A DNA stretch of 64,000 bases from Candidatus Poribacteria bacterium (GTDB lineage Bacteria > Poribacteria > WGA-4E > WGA-3G): the NCBI GenBank assembly GCA_965215265.1, contig OZ244048.1:928001-992000 (forward strand), read 5' to 3'. The notes under the pieces were generated by a model. That model had not been told where the DNA came from. It ran no database searches and saw nothing but the letters and a program-made list of their open reading frames with translations. A program made the position numbers and the translations under genes. Each line of letters begins with the position of its first letter. The first letter of the stretch is position 1. Of this stretch, positions 49,241 to 60,886 are shown one piece after another.

Positions 49241-51799
49241 ATGGAGAACCACAGTTATGCACCAGCGGAAATAGAACCGCATTGGCAAGCTATCTGGCGG
49301 GAAAAAGAAGCCTTCAAAGTTCCAAACGACATTAATAGACTTAAGCAGAAACCAAAATTTTATCTGCTCGGAATGCTACCCTATACCTCGGGTAGCGGGC
49401 TCCACATGGGACATGCAAAAAACTATGTGCCGACAGATGTGCTTGCCAATTTTCGACGCATGCAGGGTTACCACGTTATGCATCCGATGGGCTGGGATGC
49501 GTTCGGGCTGCCTACAGAACGCACGGCAGTCAATGAAGATAGACATCCTGCAAGCATTGCAAAGCGAAACGCCGACATGTTTCGTGAACAGATACAACGC
49601 CTCGGTTTTTCTTACGACTGGTCGCGTGAGATTGACACCTCTCTGCCCGAATACTATAAATGGACGCAGTGGATCTTTCTCCGGCTCTATGAAAAAGGGC
49701 TCGCCTACCTCGCTGATGTCCCCGTAAACTGGTGCCCTGCCTTAGGCACCGTCCTCTCAAATGAGGAAGTCAAGGAGGGAAAATACGTTGAGACCGGCGA
49801 CCCGGTTGAGCGCCGCCTGATGCAGCAGTGGATGCTTAAAATTACCGAGTACGCAGAACGGCTCCTCGAAGACATAGAACTCTTGGATTGGCCAGACGGA
49901 CTCAAAGAGATGCAACGCCACTGGATCGGCAAATCAGAAGGCGCTGAGATTACCTTTACTGTGAAACAGAGCACCAGCACGTTCACCGTTTTTACCACAC
50001 GTCCCGATACGCTTTTTGGTGCCACCTATTGTGTCCTCGCACCGGAGCACCCGCTCGTCGCAGAAATAACACACCCGGATGCCGAAGAGGCTGTCAACGC
50101 TTATGTGAAGGATGCTATTAACAAAACAGATCTGCAGCGCACAGACCTGGCGACAGAGAAGACAGGGGTTTTCACAGGCACCTATGCCATCAATCCAGCG
50201 AACAACGAGCCCATTCCTATCTGGGTGGCTGACTACGTACTCATTACCTACGGGACAGGCGCGATTATGGCGGTTCCCGGGCACGACGAACGCGACCACG
50301 AGTTCGCAACACAATTCGGAATTCCAATTGTTGAGGTTATCCGCGGCGGAGAAAAACCGATTGAAACCGCGCCTTTTGTCGGGGATGGTGTATGTGTGAA
50401 TAGCGACTTCCTTAACGGACTACGTGTGGATGCCGCGAAACAGAAAATGATTGACTGGTTGGAAAATCAGAAAAAAGGAACCCGCCACATCCAGTACCGG
50501 CTCCGAGATTGGCTCTTCTCACGCCAACGTTACTGGGGCGAACCCTTTCCATTAGTACACCTCGAAGATGGAAGTATAGTACCCCTACCCGACTCAGAAC
50601 TACCAGTTGAACTCCCAACCGTTGATGCCTATAAACCGACCGAAGACGGAAAACCACCCCTCGCTCGCGCAACAGAGGAGTGGCTGAACGTGACGCTCCC
50701 AGATGGCAGACGGGCACACCGGGAGACGAACACCATGCCGCAATGGGCTGGTTCCTGTTGGTATTATCTGCGTTATCTTGACGCACACAACGCCGCTGCA
50801 CCTTGGGACAGTGAAATCGAACGCTACTGGATGCCTGTAGATCTGTATATGGGCGGAGCAGAACACGCCGTTTTACATCTACTTTACGCACGATTCTGGC
50901 ACAAAGTCCTCTACGATTGCGGACTCGTTTCTACCAAGGAGCCGTTCCACGCACTCGTGAATCAAGGGACAATTTTGGCGGAATCCTATCAAGACGAAGA
51001 CGGAAAATACTATTACCCTGAAGAGGTGGTTTTCCAAGCTGATGGAAAATACGTTACGAAGGCCTCAGGGATACAGATTCACGCGCAAATGGAGAAAATG
51101 TCTAAATCGAAACTTAACGGTATTAACCCGACTGATGTGATTGATACGTACGGGGCCGATGCAGTGCGGCTCTATCTTGTGTTCATCGGGCCCGTGACAG
51201 CGAGCACACCGTGGCAGACAGCCGGAGTTGAGGGCGTATACCGGTTCCTACAACGCATCTGGCGACTCATTGTCGATGAACAGAGTGGAGAACTCAGCCC
51301 AAAACTCACCGATGCCCCCGGCCATACAGAACCAGAACTCTGGCGGAGCATCCATCAAACCATCAAACAGGTAACCGAGGATACCGAATCGATCGACAAA
51401 ATGAACACAGCCGTGAGTGCGATGATGATTTTTGTCAACAATGCCACCCAAGCTACCGAAATTCCGAAAGAGACGTTGAAGTTGTTCCTACGGCTGCTTG
51501 CGCCGTATGCACCGCACCTCGCACAAGAATTGTGGCACCGGCTGGATGAAACCGAACTCATCGCGCACGCCTCATGGCCCGTCCACGACGAACAGATTCT
51601 CGTTAGCGCCACCGTAACAATTATTGTACAAGTGAACGGGAAACTCCGCAGCCGGCTCGAACTGCCCGCGGAGGCAACCGACAAACAGATCGAAGAAGCA
51701 GCACTCGCCGACGCACGCGTCCAGCGGTTCATTCAAGAGAAACCGATACGGAAAGTCATCGTCGTGCCGAAGCGCGGGTTAATCAATATCGTTGTGTGA
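49241..51799 (+). CDS. leuS: Leucine--tRNA ligase
   Basis: HMGH and KMSKS motifs; editing domain FTTRPDT and GTGAIMAVPGHD. Confidence 0.97.
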   Translation: MENHSYAPAEIEPHWQAIWREKEAFKVPNDINRLKQKPKFYLLGMLPYTSGSGLHMGHAKNYVPTDVLANFRRMQGYHVMHPMGWDAFGLPTERTAVNEDRHPASIAKRNADMFREQIQRLGFSYDWSREIDTSLPEYYKWTQWIFLRLYEKGLAYLADVPVNWCPALGTVLSNEEVKEGKYVETGDPVERRLMQQWMLKITEYAERLLEDIELLDWPDGLKEMQRHWIGKSEGAEITFTVKQSTSTFTVFTTRPDTLFGATYCVLAPEHPLVAEITHPDAEEAVNAYVKDAINKTDLQRTDLATEKTGVFTGTYAINPANNEPIPIWVADYVLITYGTGAIMAVPGHDERDHEFATQFGIPIVEVIRGGEKPIETAPFVGDGVCVNSDFLNGLRVDAAKQKMIDWLENQKKGTRHIQYRLRDWLFSRQRYWGEPFPLVHLEDGSIVPLPDSELPVELPTVDAYKPTEDGKPPLARATEEWLNVTLPDGRRAHRETNTMPQWAGSCWYYLRYLDAHNAAAPWDSEIERYWMPVDLYMGGAEHAVLHLLYARFWHKVLYDCGLVSTKEPFHALVNQGTILAESYQDEDGKYYYPEEVVFQADGKYVTKASGIQIHAQMEKMSKSKLNGINPTDVIDTYGADAVRLYLVFIGPVTASTPWQTAGVEGVYRFLQRIWRLIVDEQSGELSPKLTDAPGHTEPELWRSIHQTIKQVTEDTESIDKMNTAVSAMMIFVNNATQATEIPKETLKLFLRLLAPYAPHLAQELWHRLDETELIAHASWPVHDEQILVSATVTIIVQVNGKLRSRLELPAEATDKQIEEAALADARVQRFIQEKPIRKVIVVPKRGLINIVV

Positions 51800-52000
51800 G
51801 GCACGTTCACGCACCTGCCAATCAACAAAAATGTCTATCTATAACAATAGCAGGTCAAAAGCAATTTCTTTTCACAAAATTTTAGGCACGGCGTACTAAC
51901 GTCATCAACCGGTGGAATGCAATATCGGTGTCCCATCTTGATTCAAGGTCTTTGCAGACAGACACAAAATACGCCTGAACGTTTCCAATAACAAAAAAAT

Positions 52001-53671
52001 ATGAAACAAAAATTTGAAGAGGTTTCCATTATACCCTTGGGCGGTTTAGGCGAATTTGGGTTGAACATGATGGTATATGAAACTGAAACTGACTTGATTG
52101 TCATCGATACAGGTTTTATGCTACCAAATTCTGACATGCCCGGCGTAGATCTGATTTTTCCGGATATCAGTTACATCGTTAAACGGCAGGAAAAGGTGCG
52201 TGGGATTTTGCTAACGCACGGACACGAAGACCACATCGGCGCTTTGGCATACGTACTACAGCAGCTAGAGGTACCCGTTTATGGAACGCAATTGACACTG
52301 GCAATCGCAAGTGGACGCTTGCGAGAATACGGCGTATTCGCAAAAGCCCAACTCAACCCGATCGTGCCGGGGGATACGATAAACTTAGGCGCTTTTTCTG
52401 CTGAATTCATTCATGTTACACATAGCATACCCGATGCAGTTGCTATTGCACTCCGCACACCAGCGGGGGTTATCCTTCACACCGGGGATTTCAAATTTGA
52501 TGCAACACCCGTTGATGGAAAACTTACCGATATTCACACCTTGGCTCGCCTCGGGACGGAAGGCGTTCAACTCCTTATATCTGACAGCACCAACGCTAAC
52601 TGGCCAGGACAGACACCCTCCGAACGGAGCATCTATGATACGATAGACAACATCTTTCAGAAAACAGAGCAGCGACTGTTTTTGTGCACGTTTTCGTCGA
52701 GTATCCATCGCATCCAGCAATTCATCGATTTGGCAGCTAAACACCGGCGACTTGTCGCCGTTACCGGCCGTTCTCTCATCAACAACGTCCGGACCGCCTC
52801 TGAACTCGGTTACCTCGATGTTAATCCAGACTACCTGATCGATGCCCGCGATGCACAGATGTTCAAACCCCATGAACTAGTGATTCTATCTACGGGGAGC
52901 CAAGGCGAACCGCGCTCTGCGATGGCTTTGATGGCGCTTGACAATCACCCCTTTTTAAAGATTGAACCCAACGATACTGTTGTCATCTCCGCACGAATGA
53001 TTCCCGGCAATGAAAAGTCTATCGGACACGTCATCAACCATCTCCTAAAGCGCGGTGCCAAGATATTCCATCAACAGAATGCCGATGTACATGTCTCCGG
53101 ACACGGCGCAAGCGAAGATCTCAAATTGATGATTAACCTACTGCATCCCAAGTTTTTTATCCCGATGCACGGTGAGTATCAAAACCTCATACGGCACGCC
53201 GAACTTGCCGAATCCGTCGGAATCCCACACGAAAACATTAAGGTTGCTGAGGACGGCGAATTAATTAAACTCACACCTGAATCGTGTGAAGTGTTCGGGC
53301 GGAAAGGACGCTCAGGGCGCGTACTAGTCGATGGAAAGCCAGAAATCGAACTAGAAGACATCGTACTACGCGACCGGATTACACTTTCTCAAGATGGAAT
53401 GGTTATACCAATTATTGTCATGCACAGCGACGCAGGCGCACTCGCAACAGAACCTGAGATTGTCTCACGCGGGTTTGTCTACATGGACAAAGCCGAGGAA
53501 TTGATCGACGAGGCGAAGCAGATCGCACGCAACGTCATTGAAAATCTCAGTGACGAACAGAAAACGGAAACGGAAACCGTCCAAGATGAAATCCGTAGTG
53601 CACTACGCCGTTTTTTCGCGAAGCAGATGCAACGAAGTCCTTTAGTGCTTCCGGTGGTGATGCGGGTATAG
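52001..53671 (+). CDS. rnj: Ribonuclease J
   Basis: GGLGEFG.N, THGHEDHIG, GSQGEP, HVSGH and P.HGE motifs. Confidence 0.95.
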   Translation: MKQKFEEVSIIPLGGLGEFGLNMMVYETETDLIVIDTGFMLPNSDMPGVDLIFPDISYIVKRQEKVRGILLTHGHEDHIGALAYVLQQLEVPVYGTQLTLAIASGRLREYGVFAKAQLNPIVPGDTINLGAFSAEFIHVTHSIPDAVAIALRTPAGVILHTGDFKFDATPVDGKLTDIHTLARLGTEGVQLLISDSTNANWPGQTPSERSIYDTIDNIFQKTEQRLFLCTFSSSIHRIQQFIDLAAKHRRLVAVTGRSLINNVRTASELGYLDVNPDYLIDARDAQMFKPHELVILSTGSQGEPRSAMALMALDNHPFLKIEPNDTVVISARMIPGNEKSIGHVINHLLKRGAKIFHQQNADVHVSGHGASEDLKLMINLLHPKFFIPMHGEYQNLIRHAELAESVGIPHENIKVAEDGELIKLTPESCEVFGRKGRSGRVLVDGKPEIELEDIVLRDRITLSQDGMVIPIIVMHSDAGALATEPEIVSRGFVYMDKAEELIDEAKQIARNVIENLSDEQKTETETVQDEIRSALRRFFAKQMQRSPLVLPVVMRV

Positions 53672-53706
53672 AACACATATTTTTTAGACACAACGAAAAA
53701 ATCACT

Positions 53707-53866
53707 ATGATAACAAAAACCAACTTTAAAAATCTGCTTCAAACGCTCGGCTTTAAGGCTGAAGGCAACATATTCCACAAATCAATTAATTGGTGAAGCC
53801 AACTTAAAAGTTGATTTCAACGCAAAAGAAATAATTTACCCCGAAGGGATTAAAGTATGCACTTGA
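53707..53866 (+). pseudogene. 5' remnant of a restriction-modification (type I/IIG-like N6-methylase fusion) gene
   Basis: MITKTNFKNLLQTLGF...KSI; removing a duplicated AATT continues GEANLKVDFNAKEIIYPEG; family recognised from memory. Confidence 0.5.
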
Positions 53867-53964
53867 GACTGTTTATGCAGAAATTCTAAGAATCCTATAA
53901 ATCCTGTTTTAATTTCTCTCGCATTCACAAAAGAGGACGTGTATAATAAAAGAGGCATCTCCGA

Positions 53965-54341
53965 TAACCGTTACAAGTTGGCTCAGTACCGATGATACAC
54001 CGGGCAATCAAGCCTTCCTCCAGAATTATAGCGCGACTTTCGGCACGGAGCCAAACGCCTTTGCAACGATGTCATATACTGCCCTCTATATTCTATTCGA
54101 GGCAATTAGGGAGGTCAAATCAACAGATTCAACCGCGATTCGAGACACACCGGCAAATATCAGAGATTTTGACACAGTTCTAGGCAAGTTCGCTTTCGAT
54201 GCCAACGGAGACGCTATTTATGAACCGAAGGCACTCATAGTAAAAAATGGCACATTGCAACTTTTGGAGTCATCCTATCTGATCGCTTGTACGGGCGGGG
54301 CCCCGTGCCTACCCGCTATCTTGGCTGCCGCCCTATCATAG
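53965..54341 (+). pseudogene. 3' remnant of a LivJ/K-type ABC substrate-binding protein
   Basis: Frame is open upstream of ATG 54069: WLSTDDTPGNQAFLQNY..FG.EP..FA..SY.A...AIRD...DTVLGKFAFDANGD. Confidence 0.6.
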
Positions 54342-54387
54342 GCATAACATTAAACCGCTTTAATTTATTCAAAAGAGTAGAAAAAAG

Positions 54388-55791
54388 ATGAAAACGCAAA
54401 CGATATACGAAAAAATATGGGCCGCACACCTTGTCCGCGCCGCCTCAGGCGATGTTCCAATTCTTTATATTGACACGCACCTTGTCCACGAAGTCACCTC
54501 ACCCCAAGCGTTTGAAGGGTTGCGGCTTAATAACCGAACGGTACGCCGTCCAGACTTGACCTTCGCCACCATGGATCATAACGTACCCACAACGGACAGA
54601 AATTTGCCGATTAGAGACCAGATCGCAGCCAAACAGATGCAAACGTTGTCCCAAAATTGTGAAGAATTTGACATCCCGCTCTACGATATCAATAGCCCAG
54701 ATCAAGGAATTGTGCATGTCATTGGGCCCGAACTCGGTATCACGCAGCCCGGGAAAACCATTGTGTGTGGTGATAGTCACACCTCAACGCACGGTGCGTT
54801 GGGGGCCCTCGCGTTCGGCATCGGCACGAGCGAAATAGAGCACGTGTTGGCAACGCAGTGTCTATTGCAACACAAATCGGAAACGTTTGAAATTCGGATT
54901 AATGGAATGCTGCCCTACGGTGTCACAGCGAAAGACATTATCCTCTCCATCATTGGGCATATAGGCATAGATGGCGGCAACGGCGCAGTCGTTGAATACA
55001 CCGGTTCTGCCATCCGCGCGCTTAGTATCGAGGAGCGCATGACCGTTTGCAATATGTCTATTGAGGCAGGCGCACGGGCAGGCATGATAGCACCCGATGA
55101 TACGACTTACGAATATCTTGCCGGTAGACGTTTTGCACCCAAAGGAGCAGACTTCGATCAAGCCATCGAACGGTGGAAGCAACTTCCGACTGACGAAGGA
55201 GCAACCTATGACCGAACGCTGCAACTAGAAGCCGCAGACATCGCCCCACAGGTTACATGGGGAACAAACCCCGGCATGGTAACCGACGTGACCGGCTGTG
55301 TACCGGATCCCGCAGACATGGCCACAACCGACGAAAAACGTGCCGCCCAACACGCATTGGAATATATGGCACTTCAACCCGGCACTCCCATCAGTAACAT
55401 CCGTGTCGATAGAGTCTTCATCGGTAGCTGCACCAACTCTCGGATCAGCGATTTGCGTGCTGCCGCCGCCGTCGCAAAAGGAAGACACGTGGCGGACACT
55501 GTCAGTGCAATGGTTGTCCCCGGTTCACAAGCGGTTAAACGACAAGCCGAGGCAGAAGGACTTGATCGCATCTTCCAAGCTGCAGGGTTTGAGTGGCGTG
55601 AAGCCGGATGTAGTATGTGCCTCGGAATGAATCCAGATATACTTAGCCCCGGCCAGCGCTGTGCCAGTACATCCAACCGAAATTTTGAAGGACGGCAGGG
55701 CAAGGGCGGACGCACGCACCTTGTCAGCCCACAGATGGCAGCCGCTACAGCCATTGCTGGACATTTTGTTGACATTCGCAACTTCTCTTAG
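54388..55791 (+). CDS. leuC: 3-isopropylmalate dehydratase large subunit
   Basis: [27 protein letters not shown] and [12 protein letters not shown] motifs. Confidence 0.97.
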   Translation: MKTQTIYEKIWAAHLVRAASGDVPILYIDTHLVHEVTSPQAFEGLRLNNRTVRRPDLTFATMDHNVPTTDRNLPIRDQIAAKQMQTLSQNCEEFDIPLYDINSPDQGIVHVIGPELGITQPGKTIVCGDSHTSTHGALGALAFGIGTSEIEHVLATQCLLQHKSETFEIRINGMLPYGVTAKDIILSIIGHIGIDGGNGAVVEYTGSAIRALSIEERMTVCNMSIEAGARAGMIAPDDTTYEYLAGRRFAPKGADFDQAIERWKQLPTDEGATYDRTLQLEAADIAPQVTWGTNPGMVTDVTGCVPDPADMATTDEKRAAQHALEYMALQPGTPISNIRVDRVFIGSCTNSRISDLRAAAAVAKGRHVADTVSAMVVPGSQAVKRQAEAEGLDRIFQAAGFEWREAGCSMCLGMNPDILSPGQRCASTSNRNFEGRQGKGGRTHLVSPQMAAATAIAGHFVDIRNFS

Positions 55792-55859
55792 TAACGAAAC
55801 GGAACCCAATAAACCCATTCTACCACTGTTCATCTTTATAGGAGAACCAATACAGAAAT

Positions 55860-56471
55860 ATGGAAGCATTCAAAGAACACGTCGGCCTAGTAGTCCCGCT
55901 TGACAGGATTAATATTGACACAGACCAGATTATACCCAAGCAATTTTTGAAACGGATTGAGCGGACAGGCTTTGGAGAATTTCTCTTTTACGATTGGCGT
56001 TACCTTGAAAATGGAGAGCCGGACCCCGCGTTTGTATTAAATTCCGCACGTTACAAAGGCGCGAGTATCCTGATTGCAGGCGCAAATTTCGGCTGCGGTA
56101 GCTCTCGTGAGCACGCACCATGGGCACTCCAACAGTACGGATTCAAGGCGATCCTCGCACCCTCTTTCGCAGACATCTTCCGGAACAATTGCTATAAGAA
56201 CGGCATCTTACCGATAGCTTTGCCTGCTGACGTTATTACCACTTTGAGCGAAGCCACACAGATGACCCAAGGATACCGACTGATGGTGGAACTGGCAGAA
56301 CAAGCCGTCATCTGTCCTGATGGGACAGCATACGCGTTTGAAATCGGTGGTTTTGAGAAGCACTGCCTACTCAACGGACTTGATGAAATCGGCTGGACGC
56401 TTCAGTTTGAAGCAGATATCACCGCATTCGAAAATGTGTCCTCCCCTATCCGGAGCAGTGAGGCACCGTAG
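55860..56471 (+). CDS. leuD: 3-isopropylmalate dehydratase small subunit
   Basis: [11 protein letters not shown] and [11 protein letters not shown] motifs. Confidence 0.97.
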   Translation: MEAFKEHVGLVVPLDRINIDTDQIIPKQFLKRIERTGFGEFLFYDWRYLENGEPDPAFVLNSARYKGASILIAGANFGCGSSREHAPWALQQYGFKAILAPSFADIFRNNCYKNGILPIALPADVITTLSEATQMTQGYRLMVELAEQAVICPDGTAYAFEIGGFEKHCLLNGLDEIGWTLQFEADITAFENVSSPIRSSEAP

Positions 56472-56579
56472 GGAATTATTGTCCCAGCTCGCTCGCTGCA
56501 ATGAATGGGCGAACTTACATCACGTCGCATTTTTCAGCAGAAGAATACACAGCCCTTATTTTTCAGGCTATACTCTCTT

Positions 56580-58046
56580 TTATTCACCTGCTACTTCTTC
56601 TTTGTGCATAATCTCTTGTAGCCCGGTTGCAATCCGAAACGCAATCAGGCAGAGGCCAATTGTGATAGCAAATAGCCACCGATACCCGATGTACGGCGCG
56701 AGTATCCCACCTATCACAGGCGCGAAACTCACCGGTAAGAGGATCGTGTTCATAAACCCGATGTAACTTGGGCGACTGCGCGGCGGAGCTATATTCAGCA
56801 TATATGCCATGAAGCCTACCATCATCCCGTTCGCCAAAATACCACCAACCGTAAAAATTAGGAAATACGCAGGCACCTGTAACGCCGGCGGCAATACACC
56901 CGAACAAAAGGCAAGTGTCGGAGGAATTGCCATCAGCGCACCGGTGATAATCAGGAGCCACCGCACACCGTAGTTGTCACCGATATAGCCCCACAACGTA
57001 TTTGATACCACACCGCTTAACGCTGAACAGACGATGAAAAAACCGATGGTCGCCTCCGAAACGTTCAACTCATCAAGCGCATAAGGGATATAGAATGGCG
57101 AGGCCATCCCTGAAAAATGGCCCGCAACCCGGAACAGGATGAACCGCCGATAATTTCTATCCATGCGGAGGAAACCGAGCCCTTGCTTTAAATGTTGCCA
57201 CAGCGGCTGACGCACCGGTTGAACCGCATGAATCGGTTCACGCACCCCCAAAAAACTGATAAAGGAAAGGAACGCTGCACTCACCGAACAGATAAATAGA
57301 AACGCGTAATTATATGGAAACCCCAGATCTGTGTCAACGTGGCATATAGAACATATAACATACATCGTGAATGCTTTGAACTGCCCGGTAATCCAGCCCA
57401 GTACGCCTGTAAATTCTGCCTCATCCCCGAGCACCGCACGCACCAAAAAACCCACCCATATTGCAAAAAAACCACCGTACAGTTGTCGTAAACTAAAAAA
57501 ACGCGCACGACGATGCGGCGCTATCGACTTAGAAACGATGTCCATGTACGGCAACGTTGAAACGCCCATCGCCGAGGAAGATAAAAAATAGAAACCCAGA
57601 AAGCACGCCGCAAGAAGCATCGGATTCTGCTCGCCGATGAGGATAGTACAGAAGAAGACAGCCAGCCAAGCTAACACACGAATGCTCATGCCGAGCACAT
57701 AGAACGGCATTTTGCGCGGACGATGTTCCAGCAAATTTGACATCAGCAGCTGCGGCCACATCCACCCCGCCGTCATCATTGAACCCGTCAAACCCACGAG
57801 AACACCAGAACCGCTCAGCTTATGGATGAAAGCCGGAAGCACCGTTGATGAATCCGCAAAAGCCAGGTTGATGCGCATAAACGCACCTTGCAGCAACGCG
57901 AACCGGAAGTTTCGCTGCGCAAGCCGTTTTTGAACTATTTCACGCTGAATTGCACCCGACCGCTGCCCTGATTCAGGCCCAACTCTATATGTGTCACCCG
58001 CGGCTTCATCCTGAATCGGATCGAGATGCCCGCTTTTTTTAGGCAT
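56580..58046 (-). CDS. MFS transporter
   Basis: About 12 TM helices; GYIGDNYG loop motif; SD AGGAGG before ATG 58046. Confidence 0.85.
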   Translation of the reverse strand: MPKKSGHLDPIQDEAAGDTYRVGPESGQRSGAIQREIVQKRLAQRNFRFALLQGAFMRINLAFADSSTVLPAFIHKLSGSGVLVGLTGSMMTAGWMWPQLLMSNLLEHRPRKMPFYVLGMSIRVLAWLAVFFCTILIGEQNPMLLAACFLGFYFLSSSAMGVSTLPYMDIVSKSIAPHRRARFFSLRQLYGGFFAIWVGFLVRAVLGDEAEFTGVLGWITGQFKAFTMYVICSICHVDTDLGFPYNYAFLFICSVSAAFLSFISFLGVREPIHAVQPVRQPLWQHLKQGLGFLRMDRNYRRFILFRVAGHFSGMASPFYIPYALDELNVSEATIGFFIVCSALSGVVSNTLWGYIGDNYGVRWLLIITGALMAIPPTLAFCSGVLPPALQVPAYFLIFTVGGILANGMMVGFMAYMLNIAPPRSRPSYIGFMNTILLPVSFAPVIGGILAPYIGYRWLFAITIGLCLIAFRIATGLQEIMHKEEVAGE

Positions 58047-58441
58047 ATCTGTTTTGTCCCCTCCTATTTCGGCACAGAAGAACCAAAACGAGTTTGACGC
58101 AGTTGGGACAAGAAACTTCTTGCCGCCCAAACGCTATAAGCACATTCCATCTTGATTCCACCGTTTCTATTTTATAAAAAAATAAGACTTATCCTTTGAC
58201 GTGATTTTGACAATTAGGTTGAATGCAATTACCCAATCCCTTCCGCACTCACGGAGAATCAATCGCCCGACTCTCAACTGACACTCACTTTGCTAAAAAA
58301 CTAAAAATCTTTACAAATGGTGGATGTTGTGCTAAATTACTTCTATTCCGGGCATCCGGAATTGGCTAAAAAGATACTCTGGCATGGATGTTTCATGCCG
58401 AACCGTTGATAAGAAACGTGTAAAGATAGAAAGGAAAAGAT

Positions 58442-59395
58442 ATGGAACCTCTTCGGATTGGCTTCTTGGGTGCCGGCGGTTTTGCACGGCACACGATTTA
58501 CCCCGCACTGCATCTCGCGCCCGTCGCATTGCAAGCTATCTGCGATGCTGATGAAAATCGAGCCAAAGATGCCGCTGCCAAATTTGGCACCGGTCGTTAC
58601 TATACCGACCGGCATGAGATGTTTGAGAAAGAAGACCTGGAAGCAGTTATCATCTGCATGGGCCCGCAGCCGCGACAACCGCTTGTACTTGAAACGTTGG
58701 AGGCAGGCTACCATGTCTTCGTGCCTAAACCCCCAGCACCCTCGCTCGCAGAAACGCTTACGCTGGCAGAAGCCGCAGACAAACACCACAAAACATTGAT
58801 GGTGAACTTCCAACGCCGGTTTAGCCTCGGCGTACGAGGCGCACGAGAAATCATGCAGACCGAAGCCTTTGGCAAACTCACACAACTCTTCTGTTCTTTC
58901 TGTAGCGGGGCATACCCTACAGTCAAAAGTTACCTCCTCGATTTTGCAATACATCATTTTGATCTGGCACGTCACATTGCCGGCGCAGATGCCAAGGAGA
59001 TTAGCGTTTTCCACAACGAAGTCGATAGTCAAGGCGCATTCGCCGTCGCATTAGAATATACCAACGGCGCAGTCGGAAACTTACAATTAACCAGTCAACG
59101 TCTCTGGCGACGCAACTACGACCATATCGAGATTACAGGACAGCACCAATACATCGTTTTAGATGGATTATGGGGCATCCAGCATTTCACGGAATCCGGC
59201 AACACGTTTACCTCTAACTTCTCCGATGAACGCAACGGCGAACTTACCGGCGACGGTTTCAGTTTAACGGAATTTGTCAATGCAATTCGTGAAAACCGAG
59301 AACCGATAGCCAGCATCCGAGATTGCATCGGCACGATGCGCTTGTACGACGCTGTCTTGCAACGGAGAAAAGGAGTCATCTCGCTTGTTGATTAA
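58442..59395 (+). CDS. Gfo/Idh/MocA family oxidoreductase
   Basis: GFLGAG, VPKP (variant of EKP), NFQRRF and DFAIHHFD motifs. Confidence 0.85.
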   Translation: MEPLRIGFLGAGGFARHTIYPALHLAPVALQAICDADENRAKDAAAKFGTGRYYTDRHEMFEKEDLEAVIICMGPQPRQPLVLETLEAGYHVFVPKPPAPSLAETLTLAEAADKHHKTLMVNFQRRFSLGVRGAREIMQTEAFGKLTQLFCSFCSGAYPTVKSYLLDFAIHHFDLARHIAGADAKEISVFHNEVDSQGAFAVALEYTNGAVGNLQLTSQRLWRRNYDHIEITGQHQYIVLDGLWGIQHFTESGNTFTSNFSDERNGELTGDGFSLTEFVNAIRENREPIASIRDCIGTMRLYDAVLQRRKGVISLVD

Positions 59396-60839
59396 GCAAT
59401 TCTAAAACCTCGAGGCATGTCTTGCCATTAACTAATTGATGGTAGTAGCGAACGGCTTGCTGACTAAAATCTCTATTTTGGCTCAGCGGTCGCTGCGGGG
59501 CTGCCCCGGGGGCAGTCCAAAGTGTCAGGTCTGAGAAGATAGTCGTAAGTCGTCTTTCTACGTCGCTGTGACTAGCCCCAAAAGCCCCGTTCAAAATTTC
59601 CTGTATGGTTGGGTTCGCGTCGCGGATATCATATTCGGTGCCGGTATCAGTTATACCAATATAGGCATCACCTTTCCGAGCGTGCGGCGTAAGAAAACGG
59701 AGCACCGTTGCAAACGCATACGCGAAATCCATTTTGAACTGCTGAGTTGCCGAGGCATAGCTCGGCGACCGGACGATATCGGCCGCACGTTCGCGAAGTT
59801 TGACTGTCTCAATGATATTAATGCGTGCATTATCGTCCTTGACACGGCGGATGCGTTCAATAAACTCGCGTGTGTACGCGTATGCACTCTGCCCTGCGAT
59901 GGGGATGTCTGCTCCTACAATCTCAGCGTATCCGTCCATCAGACGTTCCAGATGCGGTGCGAATATCGGATGAACTGCTGCTTCATTGACATATTCAATG
60001 CCAGAGAGCATGCCTTTGTGCGTAATCCCCGGGACATGCACAGAATTGACGAGAAGCAATTTCCAATCGTGATACGGCTCTATGCTCTCTTCCGTGACAA
60101 TAACCCCTAAATCAGTGAGTGCACTGAACGGAACGCGGAGCATGTTGCCCGCATCTTCAAGAATAAACGATTTTGCAGGCAGCTTCTCTGCATAAGTTAT
60201 CAAATCATCCGGGACACCGATGCGCGAACGTGCCGCTGCCTTAATCGCGTCAGGCACCGCGTAGGTTTGCGGCACGAGCCGGTCGCCCATTTCATTGAGG
60301 AATCCGACTTTCGTTTGCAGCCAGTTAGAATAAGCACCGTTGCGTTCCGGATACTGACCGCAGAGGATTTCGCGGATGACATCTCCGTTGTTTCGGAGGT
60401 TATCCGTATTGATAACGCAGAGCGTTGCTTCTCCCCCATGCTGTGAGAAATAGCGATAGAGCGTTTCATCGAGGACATCCATGGCGAGTTCGCCCTTAGC
60501 AATTCCGGCCTCAGTCACACCGATGAGGATAAGATCCAGCGGATTTTGGGTTTGCGCATAGAATTGCTCGCGTCCGGACACGGTTGAGAGCGAGGCTGCA
60601 CCCACAACGCTCGAAACTTGACGGATGTCATGGATGCCCTCTAAGTCAGCTGTGACCACGTGATACACACCGCGTTGTCTATTGAAGGCCTCTGCCTTTT
60701 CAGTACCTCGCGGTTGCCCGACAAAAATGCCGCTATCGTAAAGATTACGCTGGTTGAGAATATGAACAAATTCGTGGGTTAAAGCACGTTGAAGTCCGCC
60801 CGCACCGATGGCAAGAATTTTGACCCGGCGTGTTTTCAT
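59376..60839 (-). CDS. Mannitol dehydrogenase family protein (tagaturonate/altronate reductase-like)
   Basis: IGAGGLQRA, TEAGI, DNLRNNG, FLNEMGDRLVP and KLLLVN..H motifs. Confidence 0.7.
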   Translation of the reverse strand: MKTRRVKILAIGAGGLQRALTHEFVHILNQRNLYDSGIFVGQPRGTEKAEAFNRQRGVYHVVTADLEGIHDIRQVSSVVGAASLSTVSGREQFYAQTQNPLDLILIGVTEAGIAKGELAMDVLDETLYRYFSQHGGEATLCVINTDNLRNNGDVIREILCGQYPERNGAYSNWLQTKVGFLNEMGDRLVPQTYAVPDAIKAAARSRIGVPDDLITYAEKLPAKSFILEDAGNMLRVPFSALTDLGVIVTEESIEPYHDWKLLLVNSVHVPGITHKGMLSGIEYVNEAAVHPIFAPHLERLMDGYAEIVGADIPIAGQSAYAYTREFIERIRRVKDDNARINIIETVKLRERAADIVRSPSYASATQQFKMDFAYAFATVLRFLTPHARKGDAYIGITDTGTEYDIRDANPTIQEILNGAFGASHSDVERRLTTIFSDLTLWTAPGAAPQRPLSQNRDFSQQAVRYYHQLVNGKTCLEVLELLNQQAR

Positions 60840-60886
60840 TTTTTATACCCTCACTCGGTTTGTCGTCCATGAATCGCAACGATTCC

